Assembly (NCBI GenBank): GCA_964641255.1 | Contig: CAZXMM010000001.1 | Location: forward strand, 246,973-310,972 | Origin: an uncultured Gammaproteobacteria bacterium | Lineage (GTDB): Bacteria > Patescibacteriota > Microgenomatia > JAMCZE01 | Direction of reading: 5' to 3' | Length of the DNA stretch: 64,000 nucleotides | Shown: positions 1-9,357 of the stretch, one piece after another | How the letters are laid out: the number at the start of each line of letters is the position of its first letter | How positions within the stretch are numbered: position 1 is the first letter of the stretch | The notes under the pieces: model-generated | Told to the model about the DNA's origin: nothing | Database searches by the model: none | Seen by the model: only the letters and a program-made list of their open reading frames with translations | Translations under genes and position numbers: made by a program

Positions 1-1266
1 AAGTGTTGGGTTTGTTTGCCACGCGTCTCGCAGTTGAGTTTTATTAGTTCCTCCAGAATATTTTGGGAAATAGTCCCATTGCATAAATACTGTAGACAAA
101 ATATGAGTTCCGATACTGGCCAAAAAAAAGATAAAGAAAGTAAATTTGAAGAGTTGGTTTTTAGAAAACCGAATATACACAATTGACAGATATATTATAA
201 AAATTGGCAACGCTTCCAAAAGGTAGCGAGCCTCTAAAGAAGTCCCCCCTACCCAGTAGTGCCAAGTGCTAGCCAGAAGAATAAACAGTCCAAGGGTGCT
301 AAGTAAACTCAAGCTTAGCTGCTTTTCGCTCGGTGAAATTTTGTCGCGAATAGTAAACATTAGTAAGGTTAACAGAAGGATTGGACTGAAAGTAAAAAGA
401 CCCACATTAGGGCTGATAAACAGAGAAATAAACGCCAAGAAAACGTGTGGCCCCAGTCTTTGGATAGATAGAATTATTTCCTCGTGATAACCAAATGGGA
501 TATCAAAAAACCTGAATGTGAGGAAAAAAGGAACATAAGTTAGTAATATTCCAATTGCAAAAAGGGTGGCTTTACTGGTAAAGTTTTTGGATTTTTTTGT
601 TTCTAAGTATAAGTAAATTAACCCAAATGCTCCGTAAAAAATATTGGTCATTCGTATTTGGGCCAATACTCCTAATACTAATCCGCTGATCAAAACCGAG
701 CGCTTGGTTTTTTCTTTGAGAAAAACCCAGAGGAAAAGATTAATAAAAAATACAGAAATGGCGTGTTGCCAATTTGCCTGAGCGGCTGTACTCAAAATAC
801 TTGTAGCGAAAAGATAAACACAGGTAAGGAGTGTGGAGATCGAGCGGCTTTTAGTGAGCTTTAAAATTGAGAAAAATAACAATACCCCAGAAAATGAAGC
901 ATAAAATGCTGCATTTATTTTTCCCACGTATTGAGAGTAATTACTAAAAACCATCGCGTTATCACTAATCTGGGCAACTCCAAAGTAAGCATTTAGGACA
1001 ACGAATAGGGGAACTGAAATGATACCCAAAAGTGGTGACATCTTGGAAAATGCCTGACCAGAGGAGTTGTAAACCAGAATCCCAGAAATGTGGCGCTCGT
1101 TTATGAAATCTCTAAGATTGGTTAAATCTAATCGTTGGTTAAAAATAAGATTGAGAGCGGTGAGATTGGTGGGATAAGAATCAACCGTATCGAAATAGCG
1201 AACCGAAAAGGTAAAGATAAAGAAGGACAAGAAAAATAGGCAACAGGAAATAAGAAAGTTTTTCAT
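1..1266 (-). CDS. Partial polytopic membrane protein, candidate GT-C (ArnT/PMT-like) glycosyltransferase; C-terminus lies beyond window start
   Basis: Minus-strand frame is open from the ATG at 1264-1266 (MKNFLISCCLFFLSFFIFTFSV...) to position 1 with no stop; many hydrophobic segments; absent from the ORF track presumably because it is edge-truncated. Confidence 0.5.
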   Translation of the reverse strand, partial: MKNFLISCCLFFLSFFIFTFSVRYFDTVDSYPTNLTALNLIFNQRLDLTNLRDFINERHISGILVYNSSGQAFSKMSPLLGIISVPLFVVLNAYFGVAQISDNAMVFSNYSQYVGKINAAFYASFSGVLLFFSILKLTKSRSISTLLTCVYLFATSILSTAAQANWQHAISVFFINLFLWVFLKEKTKRSVLISGLVLGVLAQIRMTNIFYGAFGLIYLYLETKKSKNFTSKATLFAIGILLTYVPFFLTFRFFDIPFGYHEEIILSIQRLGPHVFLAFISLFISPNVGLFTFSPILLLTLLMFTIRDKISPSEKQLSLSLLSTLGLFILLASTWHYWVGGTSLEARYLLEALPIFIIYLSIVYIRFSKNQLFKFTFFIFFLASIGTHILSTVFMQWDYFPKYSGGTNKTQLRDAWQTNPTL

Positions 1267-2102
1267 CAGTTGCTAAAATTATCCAGTTTAAAAAGTAATT
1301 TGGTGAACAAGCTTTGGTGCCAAATAAAACCCGGCGGATAATTGATCTCTTTTCCTCCCCACCTTAATTTAAATTCCGTAAATCCTTTCCAGTCTTTTCT
1401 AAGCCTTGGATACCGTTCATCATAAACTCCCTCAAAGTCAAGAAATGTGTACCCATTTTTCTTGAGAACTTTTATTGCGTCGCCCAGACACTGATATGCT
1501 GCCCACTTCTTTCTCCCCTCGGGTGTCGAGAAAGCATAAAAGTAGTGCGCGGTCTTTTTAAAGCCAGTAATCAAAATTCCTGAGACGATACGGTCTTTAT
1601 CATAAGTGAGGAAAATAAAGCTATCGTTACCAAAGGCACTATAAAGGCCACGTATGTCATTGCCCAGTGGCGCCCAAAACTTTCTAGTCCTCGCGTTTTG
1701 TTCCCAATACTGAATAAAAGTTTCAATATCACTTGAGACTGCAGTGCGAAGATTGTATTTCCTTGCCCTTTGAACACTAGTGGGGATGTGCGGCTTTTTA
1801 AGATCTAGAATGAGTGTCTTTGTGGGCAGAAGCGGCCACAGATCGGCAGACCATGGGAGAGCAATACTTTTAGCATTATTTGCTAAGTCTGGTTCGAGTT
1901 TCACAAACAAGGCACGATACTTTTTTGCCATCGCTCTAACACTCTTTTGATCAAGGCTGCTACAGCGTTGTACTTTTATGACACTAAGAAAAGAAAGCAG
2001 GGGGAGTGGTTTAATAAAAACATTAGTAGATCCGATCCTTTCCACCTTCCAACCGATTTGTTCCATGAATTTTGCATACTGTGGAGATTGGCGAATGTCC
2101 AT
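1266..2102 (-). CDS. FemAB-family (FemX-like) aminoacyl-tRNA-dependent peptidoglycan peptidyltransferase, paralog 1
   Basis: 278 aa; shares the FemAB-family pattern (QIGW..., LEPD, KARYNLR, HYFYAFSTPEG...FLDFEGV) by comparison with FemX from memory; sits directly tandem to a second paralog. Confidence 0.65.
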   Translation of the reverse strand: MDIRQSPQYAKFMEQIGWKVERIGSTNVFIKPLPLLSFLSVIKVQRCSSLDQKSVRAMAKKYRALFVKLEPDLANNAKSIALPWSADLWPLLPTKTLILDLKKPHIPTSVQRARKYNLRTAVSSDIETFIQYWEQNARTRKFWAPLGNDIRGLYSAFGNDSFIFLTYDKDRIVSGILITGFKKTAHYFYAFSTPEGRKKWAAYQCLGDAIKVLKKNGYTFLDFEGVYDERYPRLRKDWKGFTEFKLRWGGKEINYPPGFIWHQSLFTKLLFKLDNFSN

Positions 2103-2103
2103 T

Positions 2104-3168
2104 TTAGATATGAATCATTCTCTTAAGTTTAAGAAGCTGCCAACGAAGAGCGTTGCCCATGACAAATAGAGGATAGAGTGGGGAAAGAGGGATATCAATA
2201 GTTACGGGATAGTGAATTTCTTCTCCGCCAAAGCCCTGTTTCACACGGTAGACTCCCCACCACGGGTCACTTTCACTGGGGGTTTCTTTATAGCTACTCC
2301 AGAGATCAAATATTTCACAATCTAGTTTTTTCCCCAGCCTCATGGTTGCAAAATAGAGCAGTTGTGGTGCCATATAAGACCTAAAGGACATATCAAAGCC
2401 GGCGTAGGCATAATAAATAGTGTTTTTGAATTTCAGTAGCATGGCTCCGGCAATTGGCTTGTCTTTGTTTTCCGGGATGTAGGCATTTAATAAATACACT
2501 TGATGAGCAGGACGCAGTGTGTCCCAAAGCGTGGTGTAATAGTTTCTTGAGTGGGCATAGAATCCTTGCCGAGCCTCAGAAGCTTCTAAAAGAATAACAA
2601 ACTTTTCGACTGCTTCTTTTGAGCTCTCCTCCTTAACGATGACCCCTTTTTTAGTAGCTAGTCTGACGTTATAGCGAGTTTTTTCGTGCATTTGTTTAAG
2701 GAGTTCTTCCTCGCTCTTAGTTAAATCAATGACGATTGTATGGCGAGGTAATAACGGAATTACCTCTTGTGCGCCGGGCAGGGTTAGGGGGTTTGTTTTA
2801 GTAAAGTCGGGTTCAATTTGTAAAAAAAGCGCCCTCTCGGCTTTACATACCGCAACAATTTCTCGCAGCTCCCCAGGAGTAGGAAGCGGACTCCTGGGAA
2901 GATACGCAATCGTAAAACTAACTTTGGGGAGTTTGTGAATAGTGATTTGGAAAGCACGTTTACTATTTCCCATCCGGATGACTTTTTTGACGGAGGGAGT
3001 TTTACTGCGAAACTCTCCCCACTGCCACGATTGAGTAATGTGGTGAGACAGAGTGTTGTAATGGTCTTTGTTTTCAAGATGGGAAAGCGTAGGTGTAACT
3101 TTTGGCATACCTATATTATATATGTTTACAAAGACGAGTTTGTGAAATGGACGTTTTTTAAAAACCAA
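2104..3168 (-). CDS. FemAB-family (FemX-like) peptidyltransferase, paralog 2
   Basis: 354 aa; QWGEF, LQIEPDF, TRYNVRLATKKG, YYAYAGFD...FDLWS motifs parallel the paralog 1 and FemX pattern. Confidence 0.65.
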   Translation of the reverse strand: MVFKKRPFHKLVFVNIYNIGMPKVTPTLSHLENKDHYNTLSHHITQSWQWGEFRSKTPSVKKVIRMGNSKRAFQITIHKLPKVSFTIAYLPRSPLPTPGELREIVAVCKAERALFLQIEPDFTKTNPLTLPGAQEVIPLLPRHTIVIDLTKSEEELLKQMHEKTRYNVRLATKKGVIVKEESSKEAVEKFVILLEASEARQGFYAHSRNYYTTLWDTLRPAHQVYLLNAYIPENKDKPIAGAMLLKFKNTIYYAYAGFDMSFRSYMAPQLLYFATMRLGKKLDCEIFDLWSSYKETPSESDPWWGVYRVKQGFGGEEIHYPVTIDIPLSPLYPLFVMGNALRWQLLKLKRMIHI

Positions 3169-3228
3169 AGCTAATTTGCGTGAAAGGATGATTGCAGGGC
3201 CAAAGCAGTTGTGCTAGTCTGATAGGTA

Positions 3229-5571
3229 ATGAGCCTGCAGGATCTTGTGTCATCCGTTGCGGGAAAGTTTACTGCCCAGAAAAACACAGGCCGTGGCTAT
3301 TTAGCAGTTAAAATTTCCTCAACTTCAGTTTTATCAACGACATGGTCGGTGGCAGCTGGTGATGTTAAACTGGGGGCAGTAGCTTATGCTGCTCTAACCG
3401 ATGGTTCCTTTGAAAACCTTCTCCAAACGAGCGACAAAGCTGTCTCTGAATCCCTCTCTAATTCTAGTGTCGAAATTAGTCAGGTCGTGTTTGCGGTGCC
3501 TTTTCACTGGATTAGTGAAGGGAAAATTAGCTCAGTAAAGCTCAAGGATCTTAGGGCAATTTGTAAAGAGCTTGATCTTGTCCCCCTTGGGTATGTTTCT
3601 CTAACCGAGGCACTAGAGAGCTACTATAAAGAAGTAGAAGGGGCGCCGTTAACTGCTATTCTCGTAGGTATTGAGGGGCAAAATTCAACGCTGACAATTT
3701 ACCGAGCGGGTAAGCATTTGGGTACACATTTTTTGGGACTCACTGATTACCACGAGGATGTCTTACCGGAAGGCATTGAACGGGCTCTTAAAAAACTAAA
3801 TGTGGGAGATATTCTTCCCTCTCGGATCATTCTTTATGATGGAAAATCGGATCTAACAGCGGCTGTGGCAAAGGTAACTGCCTATCCTTGGACAGCTAAA
3901 CTACCGTTTCTACATTTTCCTAAGGTAGAAACGGCCTCAGCAGAATTTGTAGTTAAAGCTGTGGCTGTAGCAGGTGCCATGCAGCAGGGGGGAAGGTTTG
4001 TAGCTTTTGATCGAGATGGGGAATCGACTGTTGTTGATGTCCCTGTGGTTTCTGACACACCCCCTGTGGCCGCCAGTGCCTTTGAATCAGTAGAAGTTCC
4101 CTCCTTAAAACAAGTGCTTAAAGAACAGGAAGATGAACTGCTGGAAGTGTCTCCGGAGGAAGCGGGGTTTATGTCAGGTAGCGATCTTAATAATGTTATT
4201 GTTTCAGTCGCTTCACCGACTCCTCTGGCGACGACCTCTAGTTTTACTGAGTTTGCCCCACCGACCCCGAGTCCTAAGATTGCTGGGGAATATACAGCTA
4301 GTAATCATAAAGGAGGATTAAATCTTATGACGAGCTTGAGTGGACTTACCAAAAAAATACCATCATTCTCATTTAAAAAGAAAGCTCTCGACTCCGGAGC
4401 ACGAACGACGCCAGAGATTGGTGGTATCTCTAAGGGTAGAAAGTTCCCCCTCATTGCTTTCCCTATTATTTTTGTTGTGCTGCTCATCGGAGCTACCGGA
4501 GCTCTTGCATACTTTGTACCAAAAGCGGAAATTTTTGTCACTGTGGCGACCGAAAGCTTCTCTCATGATCTTGATGTTACAGTAGTTACGGATCGCGATT
4601 CTACATCTTCTGGCCAGATTCTATTGGGTAGTTACGTGACTACCAGCGAGGTCGGTAGTCGAAGAGCAGTAGCGACGGGAAACAAGCTGGTCGGTGATAG
4701 AGCTAAAGGCACTGTTACGATCTATAATTCAGCGTCGGCTCGGACTTTTCCGGCAGGAACAGTCCTGACGGGCAACGGTTTAAAATTTACTACTGATACC
4801 GAAGTAAGTGTAGCTTCCAGTTCTGGCATTGCTGACCAGATTACGGTGAAAGTGGGGGTGACCGCTGCTGATATTGGCGAAAAATACAATCTTCCCCCAG
4901 GAGTAACGTTCTCGGTTGGTTCCTTACCAACGAGTTCTTATCAAGGGAAAAATGAAGCGGCGTTAGCTGGGGGAAATAGTCACCAGGCAACTGTAGTTAC
5001 TAAAGGGGATCAGGATAGACTTCTTACTACCCTTTCGGGGGAACTGACGGAGCAAGCGCAAAAAGCTCTGGAAGCGAAGCTAGGGGCTAGCGATACCCTT
5101 CTTCCCAAAGCTATTACATCAGCGACAATCAAGAAGAAATTCACTCATGATATTGATGCCGAAGCAGATACCTTTGGTCTTGATTTGACTCTCGACTTTA
5201 AAGGGGTAACCTTTGCTAAGGACGATCTAGTCGAGCTCTTTAAACAAAATTTTCAATCAGCTATTGCAGAAGGGTTTGAACTCTCGAGCGACTCTGTCCA
5301 GTTTGAAGTCAAAGAAGCAAAAACTGACAAAGCCGGGAATATTGTTCTTAAGGTGCATCTTGATGGACAAATTGTCCCCAAGATCGCGGTTGAGCAAATT
5401 GTGACTGATTCTGCAGGAAAAAGCCTGGGCCAGGCAACTAGCTCCATTGCCAAGCTTCCTGGAGTAACTGGAGTTAGAGTAGAAATCAATCCTAAGATCG
5501 CCTCCCCCCTCGCCACTTTTGCGCTTCCCTGGAATAAAAAACACATTTCGGTAGATATTGTCAGAGAATAA
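3229..5571 (+). CDS. Hypothetical 780-aa membrane protein: N-terminal degenerate actin-like (PilM/FtsA-like) domain, central TM helix, large extracytoplasmic C-terminal domain
   Basis: N-terminal ~250 aa has phosphate-1/phosphate-2-like motifs of the actin/Hsp70 fold (YLAVKISSTSV...; AILVGIEGQNSTLTI); TM segment FPLIAFPIIFVVLLIGATGALAYFV around residue 420; Thr/Ser/Val-rich C-terminus; no LPXTG. Confidence 0.4.
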   Translation: MSLQDLVSSVAGKFTAQKNTGRGYLAVKISSTSVLSTTWSVAAGDVKLGAVAYAALTDGSFENLLQTSDKAVSESLSNSSVEISQVVFAVPFHWISEGKISSVKLKDLRAICKELDLVPLGYVSLTEALESYYKEVEGAPLTAILVGIEGQNSTLTIYRAGKHLGTHFLGLTDYHEDVLPEGIERALKKLNVGDILPSRIILYDGKSDLTAAVAKVTAYPWTAKLPFLHFPKVETASAEFVVKAVAVAGAMQQGGRFVAFDRDGESTVVDVPVVSDTPPVAASAFESVEVPSLKQVLKEQEDELLEVSPEEAGFMSGSDLNNVIVSVASPTPLATTSSFTEFAPPTPSPKIAGEYTASNHKGGLNLMTSLSGLTKKIPSFSFKKKALDSGARTTPEIGGISKGRKFPLIAFPIIFVVLLIGATGALAYFVPKAEIFVTVATESFSHDLDVTVVTDRDSTSSGQILLGSYVTTSEVGSRRAVATGNKLVGDRAKGTVTIYNSASARTFPAGTVLTGNGLKFTTDTEVSVASSSGIADQITVKVGVTAADIGEKYNLPPGVTFSVGSLPTSSYQGKNEAALAGGNSHQATVVTKGDQDRLLTTLSGELTEQAQKALEAKLGASDTLLPKAITSATIKKKFTHDIDAEADTFGLDLTLDFKGVTFAKDDLVELFKQNFQSAIAEGFELSSDSVQFEVKEAKTDKAGNIVLKVHLDGQIVPKIAVEQIVTDSAGKSLGQATSSIAKLPGVTGVRVEINPKIASPLATFALPWNKKHISVDIVRE

Positions 5572-5572
5572 T

Positions 5573-6343
5573 ATGGCGCTCTATGTTTATGTTAAGGGCC
5601 AACCCGGCAAATTTAAATTAAAGGCTCCCAAGAGAGTCTCGGCTCGTTCGCGCAAAGTCATGCGTCTTATTTCAGGAACCTGTTTAACACTAGGGCTTCT
5701 TATTGTGGCCCAGGTTGTTTATCCTATTGTGGGTTGGTATCTCTTTGTAGTTCCAAGTGTTGGTTCGGGAATCACTTCGCCTTTGGCGACTACTTTTAGG
5801 CCAGAAACCTCTCCACTTTTCCCAACTTTAGTACGGGCATCAGAGACTCTAGCTGGCGAAACCAATGCGACTCTTTATCAGCCCTCAAGTTGGTTTGTGG
5901 GGACTAAGGTGGTTAAAGCGGTTAATACGTCTCTTAAAGATTACACACTCAGTATTCCCAGGCTAAAGATTAAAGATGCCCATGTGGTAAATGGGGGTGA
6001 AGATCTAAAAAAGAATCTTATCGCTTGGCCAACCTCAGTTATTCCTGGAGCTTACGGTAGCATTATCATCTTTGGTCATTCTTCTCTTCCCCAGCTTAGC
6101 AATCCCGCTAGTTACTCCAGTATGTTTACTCATTTAATGTCTCTTGAAGAAGATGACGAGATTATAGTCAATTATGATGGGCTAACTTATATCTATCGAG
6201 TTGTAGACAAAAAGATCGTAAGTCCTACGGATTTATCCGTACTGGAACAACGTTTTGACGCGCCCTATATTGAACTGATTACGTGCGAACCTCCTGGGAC
6301 TGTTTGGATGAGAGGTGTAGTAAGAGCCCGACTTGTAGACTAA
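5573..6343 (+). CDS. Sortase (transpeptidase)
   Basis: N-terminal TM anchor; catalytic His context IIIFGHSS; TLxTC-type Cys motif ELITCEP; conserved Arg downstream. ATG at 5573 preferred over the TTG at 5558 to avoid overlapping the upstream stop at 5569-5571. Confidence 0.75.
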   Translation: MALYVYVKGQPGKFKLKAPKRVSARSRKVMRLISGTCLTLGLLIVAQVVYPIVGWYLFVVPSVGSGITSPLATTFRPETSPLFPTLVRASETLAGETNATLYQPSSWFVGTKVVKAVNTSLKDYTLSIPRLKIKDAHVVNGGEDLKKNLIAWPTSVIPGAYGSIIIFGHSSLPQLSNPASYSSMFTHLMSLEEDDEIIVNYDGLTYIYRVVDKKIVSPTDLSVLEQRFDAPYIELITCEPPGTVWMRGVVRARLVD

Positions 6344-6345
6344 GT

Positions 6346-6708
6346 ATGATTGTTGGTGTTGATTATGGTCTTAAGCATATAGGACTCGCAACTTCGGAAG
6401 GAGACTTTGCGAGCCCATTAACTGAGTTTGATACTGACACACCAGGGGGAGCAATTACAAAAATTAAAGCAGTGACCCAAGCTTTAGATGTGGAAAAATT
6501 CGTTGTGGGAATTTCCGAAGGAAAAAGCAAGGATCAAGCGCAAAGCTTCGGAAAAACACTTTCCAATATGCTACAATTACCAGTAGAGTTTGTAGATGAA
6601 ACGCTAACAACTTTTGAGGCGGAACGCACTCACAATCGGCGCCAAAACGAAAGTGGGTCACACGCCAGAGCAGCAGCTTTCATCCTGCAACGTTATTTAG
6701 ACAAGTAA
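6346..6708 (+). CDS. ruvX: Holliday-junction resolvase-like YqgF/RuvX (pre-16S rRNA nuclease)
   Basis: MIVGVDYGLKHIGLA N-terminus, DETLTT(F)EA, AAAFILQRYL C-terminus; ATG at 6346 lies after the sortase stop at 6341-6343. Confidence 0.85.
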   Translation: MIVGVDYGLKHIGLATSEGDFASPLTEFDTDTPGGAITKIKAVTQALDVEKFVVGISEGKSKDQAQSFGKTLSNMLQLPVEFVDETLTTFEAERTHNRRQNESGSHARAAAFILQRYLDK

Positions 6709-6715
6709 AGCTAGC

Positions 6716-6901
6716 ATGGCAATTTTTAAACAAGTTATTTCCCCTTTGCAGGCCTGGTTACTTTCCCAAGGGAAATGTGTGGGGTGTGGTATGTCTCTGT
6801 CCAAGGGGATAAAATCAGAAAACAAAGTAACCTGTAAATGTGGTCGAATTTATATTGCCGAGGGACAGTCGTTCAGACGGGCTAGGTTTGAGGAGGTATG
6901 A
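6716..6901 (+). CDS. Small zinc-ribbon protein (CxxC...CxC), hypothetical
   Basis: 61 aa with CVGCG...CKCG; 4-nt ATGA overlap with mltG suggests translational coupling. Confidence 0.4.
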   Translation: MAIFKQVISPLQAWLLSQGKCVGCGMSLSKGIKSENKVTCKCGRIYIAEGQSFRRARFEEV

Positions 6902-7872
6902 AGCTCCGCCCGATAGTTTTCGTAATCGGTGTCGTTATTGTGTTTTGTGGCATAAGTTTGTTGTGGTGGCGTCTTAGTCTGGCTCCGGCTAATGAACGAG
7001 ACACCAAAACAGTAAATTTTTCAGTTGACCGGGGCGATGGGGTTAGAGAAATTGCCAATAAACTTCACGAGGCCGGGTTAATTAAAGATTCTGTAGGTTT
7101 TTTTCTTCTGGTCAAAAAATTGGGAATTGAAAAGAATATTCAAGCTGGGGATTTCCAGCTCTCTCCCTCTTGGGGAGCTAATGATATTGCTCGTGCCTTA
7201 ACAATTGGAACTGAGGACTTGTGGATTACTATTCCAGAAGGCTTACGAAGCGAAGAAATCTTAGCATACCTGCAAAAAACCAATCCTGACCAATGGGAAA
7301 GTACCCTTAGTACCCAAATGGCTTGGAAAAAAGATGAGGGGAGATTGTTCCCAGAAACGTACCGGGTTCCAGCAGGGCACACCCTTGATGAAATTCGAGA
7401 GCTCTTGGTTACGACTTTTGATAAGAGTGTGTCTGAACAAATGAGGACGGACGCCCAAAAAGGTGGTTTCACACTTAAAGACCGTCTGATTGTTGCCTCC
7501 CTTATTGAGCGTGAAGTTAAACACGCTGAGGATCGACCCATTGTAGCGGGGATAATATATAACCGGCTTAAAGAAGATATGCGCCTAGATATTGACGCGA
7601 CGGTTCAGTATGCAATAGGAAATTCTCAGAATGGCTGGTGGAAAAAAAATCTCACTCAGCAGGATTTAGAAGTTGATTCCCCTTACAATACGCGTTTACA
7701 CGGAGGACTACCGCCTACACCGATTTGTAATCCTGGGGTAGCTTCCATTCGGGCGGCTATTTATCCCGCCGAAACAGACTTTCTCTATTATGTTTCCGAT
7801 GCTAACGGGGTTAACCATTATGCCAAAACTCTGGAGGAACACAACAGAAATGTTGCTAAATACCTAAGATAG
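6898..7872 (+). CDS. mltG: Endolytic murein transglycosylase MltG (YceG-like)
   Basis: N-terminal TM; YceG-like signature YNTRLHGGLPPTPICNPG; conserved ruvX-mltG adjacency. Confidence 0.85.
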   Translation: MKLRPIVFVIGVVIVFCGISLLWWRLSLAPANERDTKTVNFSVDRGDGVREIANKLHEAGLIKDSVGFFLLVKKLGIEKNIQAGDFQLSPSWGANDIARALTIGTEDLWITIPEGLRSEEILAYLQKTNPDQWESTLSTQMAWKKDEGRLFPETYRVPAGHTLDEIRELLVTTFDKSVSEQMRTDAQKGGFTLKDRLIVASLIEREVKHAEDRPIVAGIIYNRLKEDMRLDIDATVQYAIGNSQNGWWKKNLTQQDLEVDSPYNTRLHGGLPPTPICNPGVASIRAAIYPAETDFLYYVSDANGVNHYAKTLEEHNRNVAKYLR

Positions 7873-7896
7873 TAGCTAAGTACACAAGGTTGATAA

Positions 7897-9357
7897 ATGA
7901 CTGTTTTTAGGTGCAAAAAACTTGGAAGTTTACTTATTCTGGTTTTAATTATTCTCCTTGGGGCTATCCTTAGACTTTACCGCCTTCCGGAACTGTCAAC
8001 ATTTCGGAGCGATCAGGTAATTGAGCTCACTAGTACTGCAGATATTCTACGGGGTGATTTCACCCTGATTGGGATTAAAACCTCCAACTCAGAAGTAAGA
8101 AATGGAGCAGTGATGTACTACCTGATGGCCCCATTTCTTTTAGCCATGAAGTTTAGCCCACTTGCGGGAGCTCTGGTTCAGATACTGTTGTCGCTGGGAA
8201 CTATCGTCCTAGTGTATGCCACTGCCAAAAAGTTCTTCGTTTCTCATCTTGCTCTCCTTGCCGCTTTTTCCATTGCTACTTCATCACTTCTTGTCCAGTT
8301 TTCAAGGCAAACACTTCTTGCTTATTATCCCTTATTTTTTAGCGCGCTTTTTTTGTGTTTTGCGTTAAAGGTCATTAAAAAAAGCAGTTTACTGACGGTT
8401 GGAATCTTGGGGACACTTTGTGGATTCTCATTACAAGTCCACTATGCCACCCTGGCTCTTTTTGTTTGTGCACTGTTCCTTCCTGCTTTGTTTAAAGCAG
8501 AAAGCCTTAAAGAAACTTTTATCTATTGGGGGAGTCTATTTTTGGGCCTTTTCTTAGGACTAGCACCGATGCTTTTATTTGAAATTCGCAATGAGTTTTT
8601 TAATTCCAAGATGCTGTGGAACTATGTGACTGAATCAGGAGGGGGTCACGAGGGGTTTAACCTGCTTAACTATCTCGTTAATTCTCTGGCTCAATACTTC
8701 TTTGGGGGCTCAGTGATTCTTACCTGTGTTGCAATTATAGTTTTAGTCTATACATTAATGAGGGTACGAAAGAGCTTGGGAACGTTAGAAAAACTTTGTC
8801 TACTTCAGCTCGGCTGTGTTTTCCTTTTTATTATCTTTCTGGTTCACGAAGATATCCCGCACTATCTATTACCAGCCGTCCCCAGTTTGGTGCTCCTAAC
8901 TGGGAGAATATTAGCCAAAACTAAAAATCCCATGCTAAGTAAATTTCTCGCCGTTGGTCTCGCTGTGGTATTTTTTCTTATTAATATTCCTCACTACCGT
9001 TTAGCCGACAGTCACGGCTGGACTATGGCTGAGGGGTGGAATCTAGTAGGAGTGGAGAAAGCGGCAAGAATTATTGCTAGTGATCTTACCGGCGACCCAT
9101 TTAATGTGGCCATGATTGTTGATCAAGAAAATCAAGGACTGCCCCTGCGCTATTTTTTGCACGTTTGGGGGTATAGTCCTCTTCCCGTTGAGTCCTATGA
9201 CAAGGCGCATTATCTTTATGTTCTTGCTGAGCCGGGGACAGTTCTTTCCCAGGTTACGATGTGGGAAGTAACTGCCTTTGGGTCGTATGAAGTGAGTAAA
9301 AGTTGGCCCATTCAAAACGGCTTTATCCTTTATAAACTTGAAAAAGCAGATGACTAG
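7897..9357 (+). CDS. Polytopic membrane protein, GT-C family (ArnT/PMT-like) glycosyltransferase candidate
   Basis: 486 aa, more than 10 predicted TM helices; LRLYRL motif after the first TM helix is typical of GT39/GT83 enzymes. Confidence 0.5.
   Translation: MTVFRCKKLGSLLILVLIILLGAILRLYRLPELSTFRSDQVIELTSTADILRGDFTLIGIKTSNSEVRNGAVMYYLMAPFLLAMKFSPLAGALVQILLSLGTIVLVYATAKKFFVSHLALLAAFSIATSSLLVQFSRQTLLAYYPLFFSALFLCFALKVIKKSSLLTVGILGTLCGFSLQVHYATLALFVCALFLPALFKAESLKETFIYWGSLFLGLFLGLAPMLLFEIRNEFFNSKMLWNYVTESGGGHEGFNLLNYLVNSLAQYFFGGSVILTCVAIIVLVYTLMRVRKSLGTLEKLCLLQLGCVFLFIIFLVHEDIPHYLLPAVPSLVLLTGRILAKTKNPMLSKFLAVGLAVVFFLINIPHYRLADSHGWTMAEGWNLVGVEKAARIIASDLTGDPFNVAMIVDQENQGLPLRYFLHVWGYSPLPVESYDKAHYLYVLAEPGTVLSQVTMWEVTAFGSYEVSKSWPIQNGFILYKLEKADD

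Noticed and set aside
266-487. 73-aa plus-strand ORF
   Set aside because: Lies antisense inside the long minus-strand membrane-protein reading frame (1-1266), which has a clean start, hydrophobic periodicity and no stops; the short ORF has no recognisable features.
5558-5572. TTG start for sortase at 5558
   Set aside because: It would overlap the upstream gene's last codons. An ATG at 5573 sits 1 nt after the stop and gives a normal sortase N-terminus, so ATG 5573 is preferred.
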